From the NCBI RefSeq assembly GCF_001186125.1, contig NW_014040433.1, forward strand, positions 18,521-82,520: DNA of 64,000 nucleotides. Reading direction: 5' to 3'. Shown one piece after another: positions 52,431 through 64,000 of this stretch. The stretch's first letter is position 1. Every line of letters begins with the position of its first letter. A program made the position numbers and the translations under genes. This DNA comes from Sphaeroforma arctica JP610 (lineage: Eukaryota). A model generated the notes under the pieces. That model was not told the DNA's origin. It saw only the letters and a list, made by a program, of their open reading frames with translations, and searched no databases.

Positions 52431-53099
52431 CGAACTTGACCTTAGCATTTGGCAAGGCTCTTACACAGCACGCACAGGCAGCTCAGAAAGCTGCTGCTGA
52501 TAAGAATCGCTTAGACGTCCCATCGTTTCGTGTCGGTCAGCAGGTAATGTATGCAGCGTCGCATACAACCCCTCCCCCCCCCTTTCCTAAAAATAAAAAT
52601 ATCGTAAATACAAAAAAGCTAAAAGTTTTAAAAATGCCGCAGTTCTTTTTACACGATAACTCATAAAAAAAAAGAACAGGATATATTTGGAAAAACTATG
52701 CAGGGAGCAATAGAGATTTGAACATGTTCGATTTTAGTCTTTGTGAATTTGTTTTTGAAAAATATATATAAATAAGTAAATATGGATAGATATCTAGAAA
52801 TGTACCATCAGAAAGTTGTCAGTTGAAATATTAGACAGATGAAGTGATGAACTCTGAGGACTGGGAGTCTGAGTTTCTGGGAAGTTAAATGCTGACCTAA
52901 GTTGAATTTTAAGATTTTGAATTCGCTATAGGAATAAACTTTGTAGTTTTATTTTAAAAGATTGTCCTTGCCATTTTGTAAACTTGTATTTAATTGATTA
53001 TGGGCTGGCTAATAATGTAGATACGAAATAAACCTCAAACCTTGGCAAAATGATATAAGCTATATAGTGGTTTCATTGGTTGTAAAAATTGACATTTTA

Positions 53100-53600
53100 T
53101 ACTCTGCTGAATGGAGGCACCGGGGGGCAGGGGCTGGGGCACTGGGGCGCTGGGGCGCTGGGCCTGGCCGCCTATGTACTACATAGCGCCCGGGGCAGTA
53201 TAAAGTACAAAGTGCAAACTCAAAACTGCAAACGGGCAGGTGCAAACTGCAGAGTGCAAAGTGCAGACCAGGTCACCAGGGCCCCGCATTCGCAAGAGGG
53301 TCACCAACTCATCACCAGTTCACCACTCACGCTCGCTACAGAACTCTCTCTCTCTCTAAGTAAGAGAGAGAGAGAGTAGGAAGTTCAAACTGCAGAGGGC
53401 AGAGACTCCAGAGTACAGAGTCCAGAGTCCAGACTCCACCAGTAGAGTGGCAGACTCTGGTGACTGCAAACTGCAAACCTGCTCTGCAAAGTGAAAACAG
53501 TCAAAAATGTACACGGCAGTGCAAAGTGCAAAACTGCAAACAGCCAAATAAATAATGAAACAATCAACATCATGCAATCGCCAAACTGCAAAGGTTAAAT
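53100..53600. repeat. Low-complexity region of degenerate tgcaaa / cagagtc / gggcgctgg motifs
   Basis: Directly visible short imperfect repeats. Confidence 0.6.
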
Positions 53601-54776
53601 ATTTATGTACAGCCAGGTACATTTAGCACATATGGCCCTACATTCTGCAAACAACCCCCGAAGCACAAATGTGTCAGATATAATTTCATTGGTCAGTTTT
53701 CAAACATAAATTTGCTAAATTATAAATACTATAGATAATGGTAAACGATTGGGCAAAGAACATAGCCATATTTAAAAAAAGAGAGCGGAGATCGCTGAAT
53801 AAATATATTTTACTCAGAGGCTAGCCCAGCCCTCCGTCCCTCACTCAGTGGCCTCGGCCTCAGGGCTCAGAGCCTCAACCCTTAGTAGACGCTGTCAGGC
53901 TCCAGCCTCCACGCCTTCTGTCCTTACAATTTTATTTCCTCAAGGAGTCCAAACTTCAGACTTCAAGGTCAGAGTCTCAGACACTCTCAGTATTTACTCT
54001 CAGGCGTTCAGCCGACTCCGCAGGTGTTTTTGTTTTGTTTTTTACAAAATAAATATATTGTAAAACTTGTGCTATTTAGGTTTATGTACAGAAACATATT
54101 TACATACTACCTTTTCTTTGGTTGGGTGAAAAGTGAATACTATTATTGTTTTACTGAAAAAAACAACATCAAAAAAGCAAAACACAAAGACATTTCATTT
54201 TCAGAAAAATAACCGGCTCTTGGGGCTCGGGGCTCGGGCCCTCTGTCCATCTCGGGCCTTCGGGGCGGGTGACGGTCTGACTTGTCGGCGGGTGACGGTC
54301 TGACTTGTCGAAGCAGTAGCAGGCGACACAGTAAACACACCCATTCTAAAATAGTGTCAGAGTAAAGCCGAAAGCGATCTACACAATACACACACGGTAC
54401 ATACACGTTATTTTCCGAAGAAAATGGTGGCATGATCTCATAGAGTCTCATACACCCACTTTTGGCTTTCATATCATTTGTAGCATTGTCGTGCCTGAGA
54501 TCCCGAGAGCCAGGTAATCTGCCAGTATACAGCCTATCATCTAACGATATATATTTTTAATTATTTAACGTTGAGCAAGGATTCTCGTCGTCACACTCGC
54601 ACTTCACGTTCGCGGTGTTACCCAAGAACTAGCAACCTAGGAGACCACCTTTCTAGTTCCAAATCATATCACATATAACGCATACACATAGTTGCTAGCT
54701 GTTACACAGATAGACTAATTGCATTACATGACTACTGATACATAAGCTAACTTTCTTTCACAGTATATAATATAAA

Positions 54777-57700
54777 ATGATAAGTACAATTCTCACATGC
54801 GCCGCCGTAGTCGCATTCGCGCCTCATTGTCTAGCGCAGCCACATTCCGGTACGGTCGGTAGTAATGCACACTCGTCGGCTGACGTTCGTAGAGATGAAG
54901 ATTTTACATATCCGCAAGCTCGTATAATGAACGGAGATTCACAAGTAGAAGTTATACCGTACATGGCGGCCCTTAGGAATGTCCAGAGATTTAATAACGG
55001 GCGAATTCAGGTATTGTGTATTCTATTTTTACTTTGTTCGATATCGGATGTTCACTATTCACGATGCAGCAAACTTGTATGTGGGTTTAAACACCAGCGA
55101 AAGTTATAAACATAGAAAGCTGGTTATTTGTACAATAATTTTGATTTTCAAATTGTGGGAACTACAATCTATACTGATTTGGGTGTGGCAGTGCGTCTAT
55201 ACAGATTTTGTGTGTGGCTGTGATGATAGTCTTTTGTTGTCGACCGGAAAATTATGCGAGACACGGCATCTCGAATTTGTGCTCGTGGATTTGACATCGA
55301 TCGTATCTGCAAGTCTGTAGGCGCTATCATGATATTTTTCTACAGATACTTTCATGCCTTGCCAGAACGTGACATGTATTGTCACGCCTGCTAGAAACAT
55401 TTTAGGTGTGGTTTGATGTGTCATTCTAGGATATGCATGGGCATATCGATCGGATATTCCATTAGTTTGTCCATGTCGAGGGCATATTTAGACACGTGTA
55501 TGTACATACAGATATACATATATTTTAAGCCATTTATTTCACCCGGAGAGTTGCAGAGATGAGGCTAGTATTCTCTGTGGCGAATTGAAATTATACAATT
55601 TCATGAGTGCTGTCGGGTATTCAAGACTCTATAAGAATGTACTCTGCGATTACACCTGTGTATTTTAATTGTAGTATTTTCAGTATATCGCCTAGTATTG
55701 ATGCCAGTGGATGCTCGTTTACAACGAGCTGTAGTTCCCTGGGTTGTTTATTCAACACAAACCAGACACCGTATGTATACGTATATCACATGTGTATGTA
55801 CTATCGTATTCTGAGGGAAAGTCTGATCATACAAATGTGTACTACATATATTGAGTGTGTATTTACCATACCTGCGACTCCGTTCCTTTACCAGATATGT
55901 AGTGTAAATGGAAGAATTCGTTCACTACTCGCGATAGTTAGCCTCAGTATTTTGCTGTCTTTTTCTATTTTTCTAGCGAGTATACGATCACATTGCCAAC
56001 GACAATTGTCTGCGGGCACTCACATTAACTAATTCGACCGCACCCTTCCAAATTGTTCTCCAAGGAGTGTCTTGTCCAAAATTGCTACAGTCAGGGGATC
56101 AATAGTGATTATATCGATTTTACTAATTTGGTATCTATGTACTCGTGACTGAAACAGATAAAGACGTACTGTGGGGCGTCTTTAATACACAAAGATTGGA
56201 TTTTAACAGCCGGCCATTGTGTCGAGACCGACGGGGTGTCAAATACACACGGAAATGAGGCCTGGATTGGATGCCTCGATCTAACGGAATCGGACACCTG
56301 TGTTGTGAGAGAAATTGTGGAGTACAAGGTATGTAAGTTATCAACCTAGGCATACTGACCCAACTATATGTGATTCGTATTAGAGAACCGATTAAAAATG
56401 CAGTCACTATCGAGTACACAATTTTTTTTAATGCTATTGAGTAGGTATTCTTTTATGCTATTATTGTGCATGTTTGTATCGCCACAAGGCACATCGGGGT
56501 ACATCGGCTGTAAAACTCAGTTATAAAGCTTGTTGCACGTTATTGATCTTCAGTCATGCTATCCAGATAGAGTTTCAAATCATGTAAAACGACAGTACAG
56601 CTCAGCTCATCTGCATGAAATCTCTTACTTTAATGCAGTGCCACGAGGAATTTATGTTCGATACGATAGAAGGAGTACACAACGACATATGTGTGATGAA
56701 ACTGAACGAGTCTGTGACAGATCTGGAGGTTGCCACAATGAACGACTTACCGTAAGTGGGGCGAGTTTCGTATTTTTATTACATTCTAATCATTGAGGCG
56801 AGTTTCATATGCAATTCTGTCTCAGATGTTTCTGTTTGGCTCTATCTATCGGCGCGTGAATGGCATATGCAGGTGATACCTAATCCCCCAATCCCTTTTC
56901 TGTCACCGTTTTGAATATTTTGTCGGGTACTTGAAATTCAAATCACGTATCTGGGTCCTACTGCACTCGGCAAGAAAATTTTGTCTGTGCAAGCGTTCGC
57001 TTCGGCACGTATCTGGTCGCGATTATTTGCTGTGGGTCTTGTTTCTCTTTGTTGCGATAATGTGGTAATGTCACACGCAGGCGTAGCTCGGGACATGTAT
57101 GGGTGCAGCATAGATTGCGTTTTGTATCTCTTTGTAGACGTGGGCAATTTCCGTGAAAAACGACAAATCCACAGGAGCACAATCGGTGCTTCATGTATAT
57201 GTAGCCGGACTGTTCTTGAATTGAACTCAATCAGGGACCTTTGTTTGTTTTCAGTCTGATTTCCATGGTATGCATGTGTCATGCCAGTTTGTGTCGTCTC
57301 ATCTCGTTGCGGAATCGTTGATTTTGAACGCTTTTCAGTCAAGAACCAATCGATCCGATCGATATCTTCTCATCGTCCGAATTTTTGTTCCTCTCACAGG
57401 GCCAATGAAGTAGCGGGTACAAACACCACAGTGGTAGGGTTTGGTACGCTAAGCGAGAATTTAGGCGCCTCTTCGCAATTGCAGACAGTGGACCTCCCGT
57501 TGCAACCCACCGCCGTCTGTGAGAATACATTCAATTATAATAATAAGGTCTTTTTCCTTCCTGACGAGATGATGTGTGCAGGATACAGGACCGGGTTTTT
57601 CGACGCCTGTCTTGGAGACAGGTAGATACACAGTGTCACCTCTGCGTGTTTAAACCTTGTTAAAATGTTCAAACCTTGTTACAAAATATTTGGTTTGTTA

Positions 57701-60061
57701 ATATGCTGTGAGTTGTTTCTCCAAAGTGATTGGTTTATTGTTCATTTAATTTTGCTTTTTGACTAGATTCTTTTCGTTCTCGACGGTCATCTAAACCCAC
57801 ACCGTTATATATCCACCATAGTGGAGGCCCGCAGTTTGTACAAAACTGGACGCAGCCGCAGATCGGTATTGTGAGTTGGGGCGATGGTTGCGGTCGTCCA
57901 GACAAGTACGGCGTGTACACAAGGGTGTCGCATTATATTGATTGGATCCAGGCCACTACCGGCACACCGATTCAGCGTATGTCCTATCAAAGTTGAATGT
58001 GTATATACCTTTATATCCTGGGCTGCAAACTGAATAATCGGAATTTTGTTCTCAATGAACGGAGTTTATTATCTATGAACGGGGTTCGTGTAAATTGTCC
58101 ACTTTCATCAGGTGACAATGTCAAGCCAGTGCCGCTCTTGCTGTATTGAAGTCAGCTGTTGTCGAATTCGAATTCGAATTCGAATCTGAATTTGACTTCC
58201 AGGCCGAATCACTTTTTAAATGGCCTGACCCACACTCACACATTCTGATCATCATATACTGGCAATCGCTACTCTCTTCTCTCACCACGAAATAAATAGT
58301 TGCCTCTCTGGACGGAGGGCTCTCGTACGAGGAAGACTTACCTGCAACGACGCCGAAAGACACATCTGCGACTGAGTCTTCCACCCCGGTACCCTCAGCC
58401 AGCAGCGAAGCTCTGGTTACGACCTCTCCCCTTCACAGTGCATCTCCCAGTGCCGTGGTATGTTAGTTTGTGCGCAGCTGTTTTCATGTTAAAGACACGT
58501 GGTCACAATTCCCGTCGTGCTTCTCCCAGTATTGTGACAGATATCGAAGTTCACGTTACAGACCTTAGATTTTGTTTGTACCTTGATATGATGTATTTGT
58601 TGACGATTTGGATCTTGAAATCTATTGACCTGCCAGTTCATTATCAGGTGGGATCAGTCATATGATCCACAGTGCCATGTTTGTTTACAGACTCATTTGG
58701 TAATCACGCCTACGTCGAAGTACCTTGGTCACACTGATGGCTACGTACTTCATACATACTCTGGTAGACCTTTTTATAGCACACCGTGTTCTGATATATT
58801 TTTGGTGTCTGTAAATTAGTTTGATGTACTTCTGAACTGAGTAGGTAGCTAGAACTTCTCGGTAGTGACTGCCACTTCGAATTTTGCAATTGAAGTATAC
58901 AGGTTTGCACATTTTGTTTGGGCACACTCTGGTTTGTAACAGTATGCTCGAAACCAATTTACTCTAAGCACCACGGCTGGTCCTACACATATCACACACC
59001 GCAATCACTCATATGACTAAAAGCAGGTGATGCGATCAGCCTCGATTATCCGACATTAAACAAAGTTTCGCTCGACACAACTGGTTGTTTTGTAGTTCTA
59101 TTTCTGATAGTGATCAAACCTTTCAACACTACGGACTATTTCACAGGCGACGCCGGCAACGCTTACCTTGACCGCAAACGGAACGAGCAATGCACAGGGT
59201 GTTCTTGAAGTTCAAACTCCTCAGGAGTTCCCTGCCTGGTGCACCGAAAGCACGTGTATTGCTGTCGAGAGCGCTTTGCCAGCTGACTATCCGGCTGGTA
59301 CCCTACAGTTCCGCAGCTTCAACGTGACGTAAGTATATGACGCATACATATGTCGCAGCTTGATATACGTTTATGTATCTATGGGATACGTATGCGACGT
59401 GTTTCAGAGTTTTAGGCGCATCATGGAGAGGGGTTTGGGAGTATCCGTCTGCAGCACGGCCAGGTATTCATTGTCGTATCATAAGGTTATAAGTCGCGAC
59501 TGCCTCTGTCGCCCACAGTTGGATCAAACACATTCGAACTGTCTAATACAGGTATATGTCTTACTTGTGATACTAAATCTGTTTTTTTGCCTGTCTCACT
59601 TTTATACAGCGCTGGCGACACTTCCATAATCGGTTATAAAGGGCCCGCGGATACCGCACTAACTGTTACTACAGGATCAAGTACGTATTTGTTTTTAAAC
59701 GTAGGTAGTTTTCGAGTAAAGTTCTGTTTTCATTCTCATGACCCGCTTCTAAATCAGTCACTGCTATTTGACACATGACTGTATAACGCATATGAATATG
59801 CATGTCGAAGTATCAATTGTAGGTCCTGACGTTTAAGTGAAGGGTACTAATCTATTCATTCTCTACTATACCTTAACAGATGGAGGTGGGGAATTACTGG
59901 TAACCTTGGGTCCGGTAGTCAATGACACTTACACGTACGAGTATGCCTCCTGCAATAACTCCACACAGGAAATCTATGTCAACTTCCTTATACCTGAAAA
60001 TACTGTCGGCGGAAGGGTGAATATTTGGTTTGTAGAATCTGAGGGTTGTATCGCGAGGTAG
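54777..60061 (+). CDS. Secreted trypsin-like (S1A) serine protease with an S/T/P linker and C-terminal extension. Exons ~54777-55010, 56158-56328, 56639-56751, 57400-57621, 57822-57976, 58300-58457, 59147-59328, 59610-59680, 59880-60061
   Basis: Signal peptide, R|IMNG activation site, [30 protein letters not shown] (split by an intron), GIVSWG.GC..YGVYTRV; GT-AG phases are compatible. The 3' exons are less certain. Confidence 0.88.
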
Positions 60062-60629
60062 CTTTGAAGGATAAATTATCATGATAGTATTGTTGTGAAA
60101 GGTTATTATATATGTGTATATAAAAATACATGTTATTTAAGCTTATGAATAGTAAATAATAAAGTATTTATTGTGTCGTTAGAATTCTTTTGGGCCATGG
60201 TGCATTTTAAGACCTGAAGTTCAGGTGACTGTGGCATCTTCGATTGTGATCAACTATTTTTTTGTGTGCCGCTCATTGCTTTATTCGGGGAACAGGATAG
60301 GCCTATTCAGCATATTAGCAGCAGTCGAAGTGGTAGAAAAAACAGTAGAGGGCGTACTTCTCCTTCTGTTGAACAAGCGAGGCATCCATGGGAAGAAAAT
60401 GCACAAACTTCCAGTGCACTGCAGGCGTAGAGGGCCTTCTAAAAACCAAGTGAACAGTTTACGGGGAGATATGTTGTCCCGACTTGTATGGCGCACTAGG
60501 CGTAGGCGTGAAGCGCGTCCCGATTGATGAGCGAATCATTCATAGATAACTCTGAATTACATCAATTTCCGATAGTAGAGGGTCTTTTAATAAACAAGTT
60601 TTTGAGATATATTGCCCCAACTGCACTGG

Positions 60630-61350
60630 GATAACGTTTGCTGTAAACGTTGTTTGTGTAGTTGTACTGTTATATAATTTGCTGTAAACGTTGTTTGTCT
60701 AGTTGCACTGTAATGCCATTTGCTGTAGACGTTGTTTGTCTAGTTGTACTGTAGTGACATTTGCTGTAAACGTTGTTTGTCTAGTTGCACTGTAATGGCA
60801 TTTGCTGTAAACCTTGTTTGTTTAGTTGCACTGTAATGACATTTGCTGTAAACGTTGTTTGTCTAGTTGCACTGTAATAACATTTGCTGTAAACGTTGTT
60901 TGTCTAGTTGCACTGTAGTGACATTTGCTGTAAACGTTGTTTGTCTAGATGTACTGTTATAAAATTTGCTGTAAGCGTTGTTTGTCTAGTTACTGTAATG
61001 ACAACTGCTGTAAACATTGTTTGTCTAGTTGTACTGTAATAACATTTGCTATAAACGTTGTTTGTCTAGTTGCACTGTAGTGACATTTGCTGTAAACGTT
61101 GTTTGTCTAGATGTACTGTTATAAAATTTGCTGTAAACGTTCGTTGTCTAGTTGCACTGTAATAACATTTGCTGTAAACATTGTTTGTCTAGTTACTGTA
61201 ATGACAATTGCTGTAAACATTGTTTGTCTAGTTGTACTGTAATAACATTTGCTGTAAACGTTGTTTGTTGTGTTGCACTGTTATAACATTTTCTGTAAAC
61301 AGTGTTTGTCTAGTTGCATTGTTGTAACATTTGCTGTGAACGTTGTTTAT
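60630..61350. repeat. Minisatellite, ~41-bp unit (tttgctgtaaacgttgtttgtctagttgcactgtaatgaca), roughly 17 copies
   Basis: Directly visible head-to-tail imperfect copies. Confidence 0.95.
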
Positions 61351-61620
61351 TAACGTTTGCTGCCTATCTGTCAGTTTTATTAGTGTGATATGCCATAAAA
61401 ACCGGAGTGAAAAACCACAAGGCTGCTGATCTAGATCGTAAAGCAAGCGTTTCGTATTTGAAAGAACCAGCGCGGCGACCAATAGTGGCCAGTTGGATCA
61501 GCGCGAATTGATATCCGCATATCCATCTTTATAATCAAAATCCATGTATACTTCTCGATAATCAATATCCATATATACTTCTCCGTCTAAATCTGTACAG
61601 ACATCGTATCTAATTCTAAT

Positions 61621-62553
61621 TTATATGCGTTTCTTCCCGTCTTTCAGATCCGTTCCACCCCGATTTGCACACCCCACAGCAGTAGGCGTGGGCGTAAGGA
61701 ATATACTCATCAGGGGCAGACCACAACTCAAACATACAATGAGATTGTGCTGTAGCTCTTTACCAATGAACGCTTCCCGGAACAGGACCACAGGCAGATA
61801 TTTGATCACGGCCAAGCCTAAGGGGCCAGCAACGATCGTGCCAAGCATGATGTGGTTCCCATTGACGAGATCGGAAGCGTACAGTGTGTAGATCCCATAC
61901 AGAGCGAAGGGCAAGTTTAACATAGCACTACTCGCCACACCAGGAACATACCGCAGGTAGTACACTGATGGAATGATGTGCAGGAAGAGAGCACCACTGG
62001 CTAAAAAGATTAAGTTGAATAGCAGTGCAATAGAGCGACGTGACGTGGGGAGTACGAAAGAGAGTGGCAGCAGCATCATAAGGCTCCACTCGTAGATGTT
62101 TTCCCACAGTATAGTCTCAAGATCATACGGACATGTACCAGACATGATGTAGACGTACTTCACGGTGGGGTGCTCCACTATCGCCGCTTCACAATCAAAG
62201 ATCTTCTCTGATAGGAATTGCACATACGCATGCCTCTCCTTGTGCAGCAGATCAAAACCATACGACTCGACACATCTGAGTCCTACCATTGCACTGCAAA
62301 ATAGACACAGCCATGTCAGCCATTCGCGCGCATCATGGGTCAACTTGACGTACGGCGGGGCTAGCATGAATGGGATCCCAGCTATTAAGAAACCACCAAT
62401 GAAGAGAGCCCAGGTGCTCGTTAGAAAACGGTAGCCGTACGATGATTGATCCAAGCCTCCTGAGAAGATCGGAATGAATTGCAAACAATGAATATCAAGG
62501 ATTGGGAAAATCGAATAGTCATTTCCGTCGTCTGGAAAGTATGTCACATGCAT
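61621..62553 (-). CDS. Intronless multi-pass membrane protein resembling the HXXEE family, with a degenerate signature
   Basis: 310-aa ORF with ~7 hydrophobic segments; LRCVESYGFDL at the expected HxxEExGxDL position and YVPGVASS..LNLP matching the YNPG motif. Confidence 0.65.
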   Translation of the reverse strand: MHVTYFPDDGNDYSIFPILDIHCLQFIPIFSGGLDQSSYGYRFLTSTWALFIGGFLIAGIPFMLAPPYVKLTHDAREWLTWLCLFCSAMVGLRCVESYGFDLLHKERHAYVQFLSEKIFDCEAAIVEHPTVKYVYIMSGTCPYDLETILWENIYEWSLMMLLPLSFVLPTSRRSIALLFNLIFLASGALFLHIIPSVYYLRYVPGVASSAMLNLPFALYGIYTLYASDLVNGNHIMLGTIVAGPLGLAVIKYLPVVLFREAFIGKELQHNLIVCLSCGLPLMSIFLTPTPTAVGCANRGGTDLKDGKKRI

Positions 62554-63606
62554 TGGGATATAAACATATAAACATATATATATATATATATATATAGGTT
62601 TAGTACCTAGTATATATATATATATATAGTATTACGTACTGTATATATATATATATATATAATATACTATATATATATATATATATATATAGCGGGTTCT
62701 TAGATCTATACACCCGGTCGCAATTTCGTGTACATGAACGTTGAAAAACATTTTACAAATATGTATCTCCTTCTTGAAAGTTTACTTGGGCTTCCGTAAA
62801 TACATACCTCCATGTAGTACCCCTCCGACGAGACTCCAAGCCAGGAGTACACCCACTAGCGGTAAATATACAGCCTTGGTCAGCATTCTGGCCGGTATAT
62901 CAGGTGCCTTCGGATTAGCATCGTATCCACCTAACGACGACATCGTGTATGGAGTAATGAGCGCTAGTACGTGACCGGATCAAATTTGAAGTGCACTTTT
63001 TGAATTTCCCCCATTTTGGTGAAAATGGCAAAAAATATGACACGAGCGAGAAAGGTAAAAAGTAAAAACAACCCTTGTACAAACCGAAAGACCTACAGCT
63101 GTGGATTGCAATGCGATATTAAATAAATTTAACACAAGTCGTGTAAAAGGGTTTTAGTACACAGGTTTGTTGAACGTGTTTATTGGTAACCAGTACCCAT
63201 GTGATCGAGCTATTTTCATATACGTGTAAAGAACAGTTTTTTTTTTTTGCGTTCTCATAATTGAGGTGTTGCTACTAATCTATCACAGAGAGAAAAGATT
63301 TAGCACTTCATGCTCCTACTGTTTTTTGTGTGGGCACATTTCTTATGTCCTTGAATAAAACCGTCTCGCTTGTGATGAGCTGACTTGATATCACCTTAGA
63401 TCCTCAAGAGTATTATATGCTTACGACGGAGCACTCAAATATTGCACGACCTGCTTCATGGTCTACGAGCACTGGTATCGGTATTAGACACGTGCAGCAT
63501 TGGTTCGTTCCTGTATGTTCTCTCGATACTACACTATGTGTTCCAGCCTCCAAAAATATCTCTTACTAGATGAGTCGAATTATTACCAGCCTAAAGTATG
63601 ATACAC

Positions 63607-64000
63607 TCACGACAAAGCACTCAAATAGTGCACGACCTGCTCCATGGACCAGCGAATATTTGGGTCGGGGTCACACATATTTAGCAGTAGTTCTTGAATG
63701 TCTCCGTCGATACTACACCAGGTGTCCCAGTCACCAAATGTGTCTCTCCGTAGATAATGCAGATAACCAATATCGGTCTCATGTGCGAACTGGAAGGGCA
63801 GCCTTGAGGTAGACATTGAATACATGGTAATGCCCAACGCCCAAACATCAGACTTATACAAATCGAAATGCCAGTTGTATATGTTTACTCTGCTTCGCGC
63901 AGTGTGTGTCGCGCTTACTATTTCTGGTGCTAAATACGTGATCGTACCACACTGTAGTATTTCTACCGGGAGTTCTGCAACTTGGCTTTCGCCCAGGTCT
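63607..64000 (-). CDS. Ser/Thr protein kinase, C-terminal lobe (5' part lies outside the window)
   Basis: DLG..CGTITYLAPE..KSDVWALG..LPF..DPNIR (subdomains VII-XI). Confidence 0.9.
   Translation of the reverse strand, partial: DLGESQVAELPVEILQCGTITYLAPEIVSATHTARSRVNIYNWHFDLYKSDVWALGITMYSMSTSRLPFQFAHETDIGYLHYLRRDTFGDWDTWCSIDGDIQELLLNMCDPDPNIRWSMEQVVHYLSALS

Noticed and set aside
60630..61350. 41-bp repeat array as a CRISPR array
   Set aside because: Units are head-to-tail with no unique spacers, there are no cas genes, and the context is eukaryotic; it is an ordinary minisatellite

Overview
Eukaryotic genomic window with GT-AG spliceosomal introns and assembly gaps; the organism cannot be identified from the sequence alone. 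Host genes flank a ~46 kb nest of decayed transposons. Left flank: first exon of a minus-strand gene and a 3-exon mitochondrial-type MetX-family (Cys2-like serine/homoserine O-acyltransferase) gene. Right flank: a multi-exon secreted trypsin-like protease, an HXXEE-like membrane protein and the 3' end of a protein kinase. The nest holds a defective LINE, a Mutator-like transposase relic split by two Ty3/gypsy chromovirus-like LTR elements (A, B), a third divergent gypsy element (C) and a truncated Ty1/copia-like element (D). Main result: all four LTR elements carry a phage-Dam/DIRS-type N6-adenine DNA methyltransferase-like domain (DW/DY ... D[ML]FA ... NPPW). In the three gypsy elements it lies between RNase H and the DDE integrase. 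In the copia-like element it is inserted inside the HH-CC zinc finger in front of the integrase core, which points to independent capture by both LTR superfamilies. A and B also share an in-frame UGA between gag and pol (candidate readthrough), a non-canonical double Zn finger in Gag and a possible self-priming signal. B has a 25-bp inverted, collapsed 5' LTR. All copies are pseudogenised, and all calls come from manual translation and motif recognition, not database searches.
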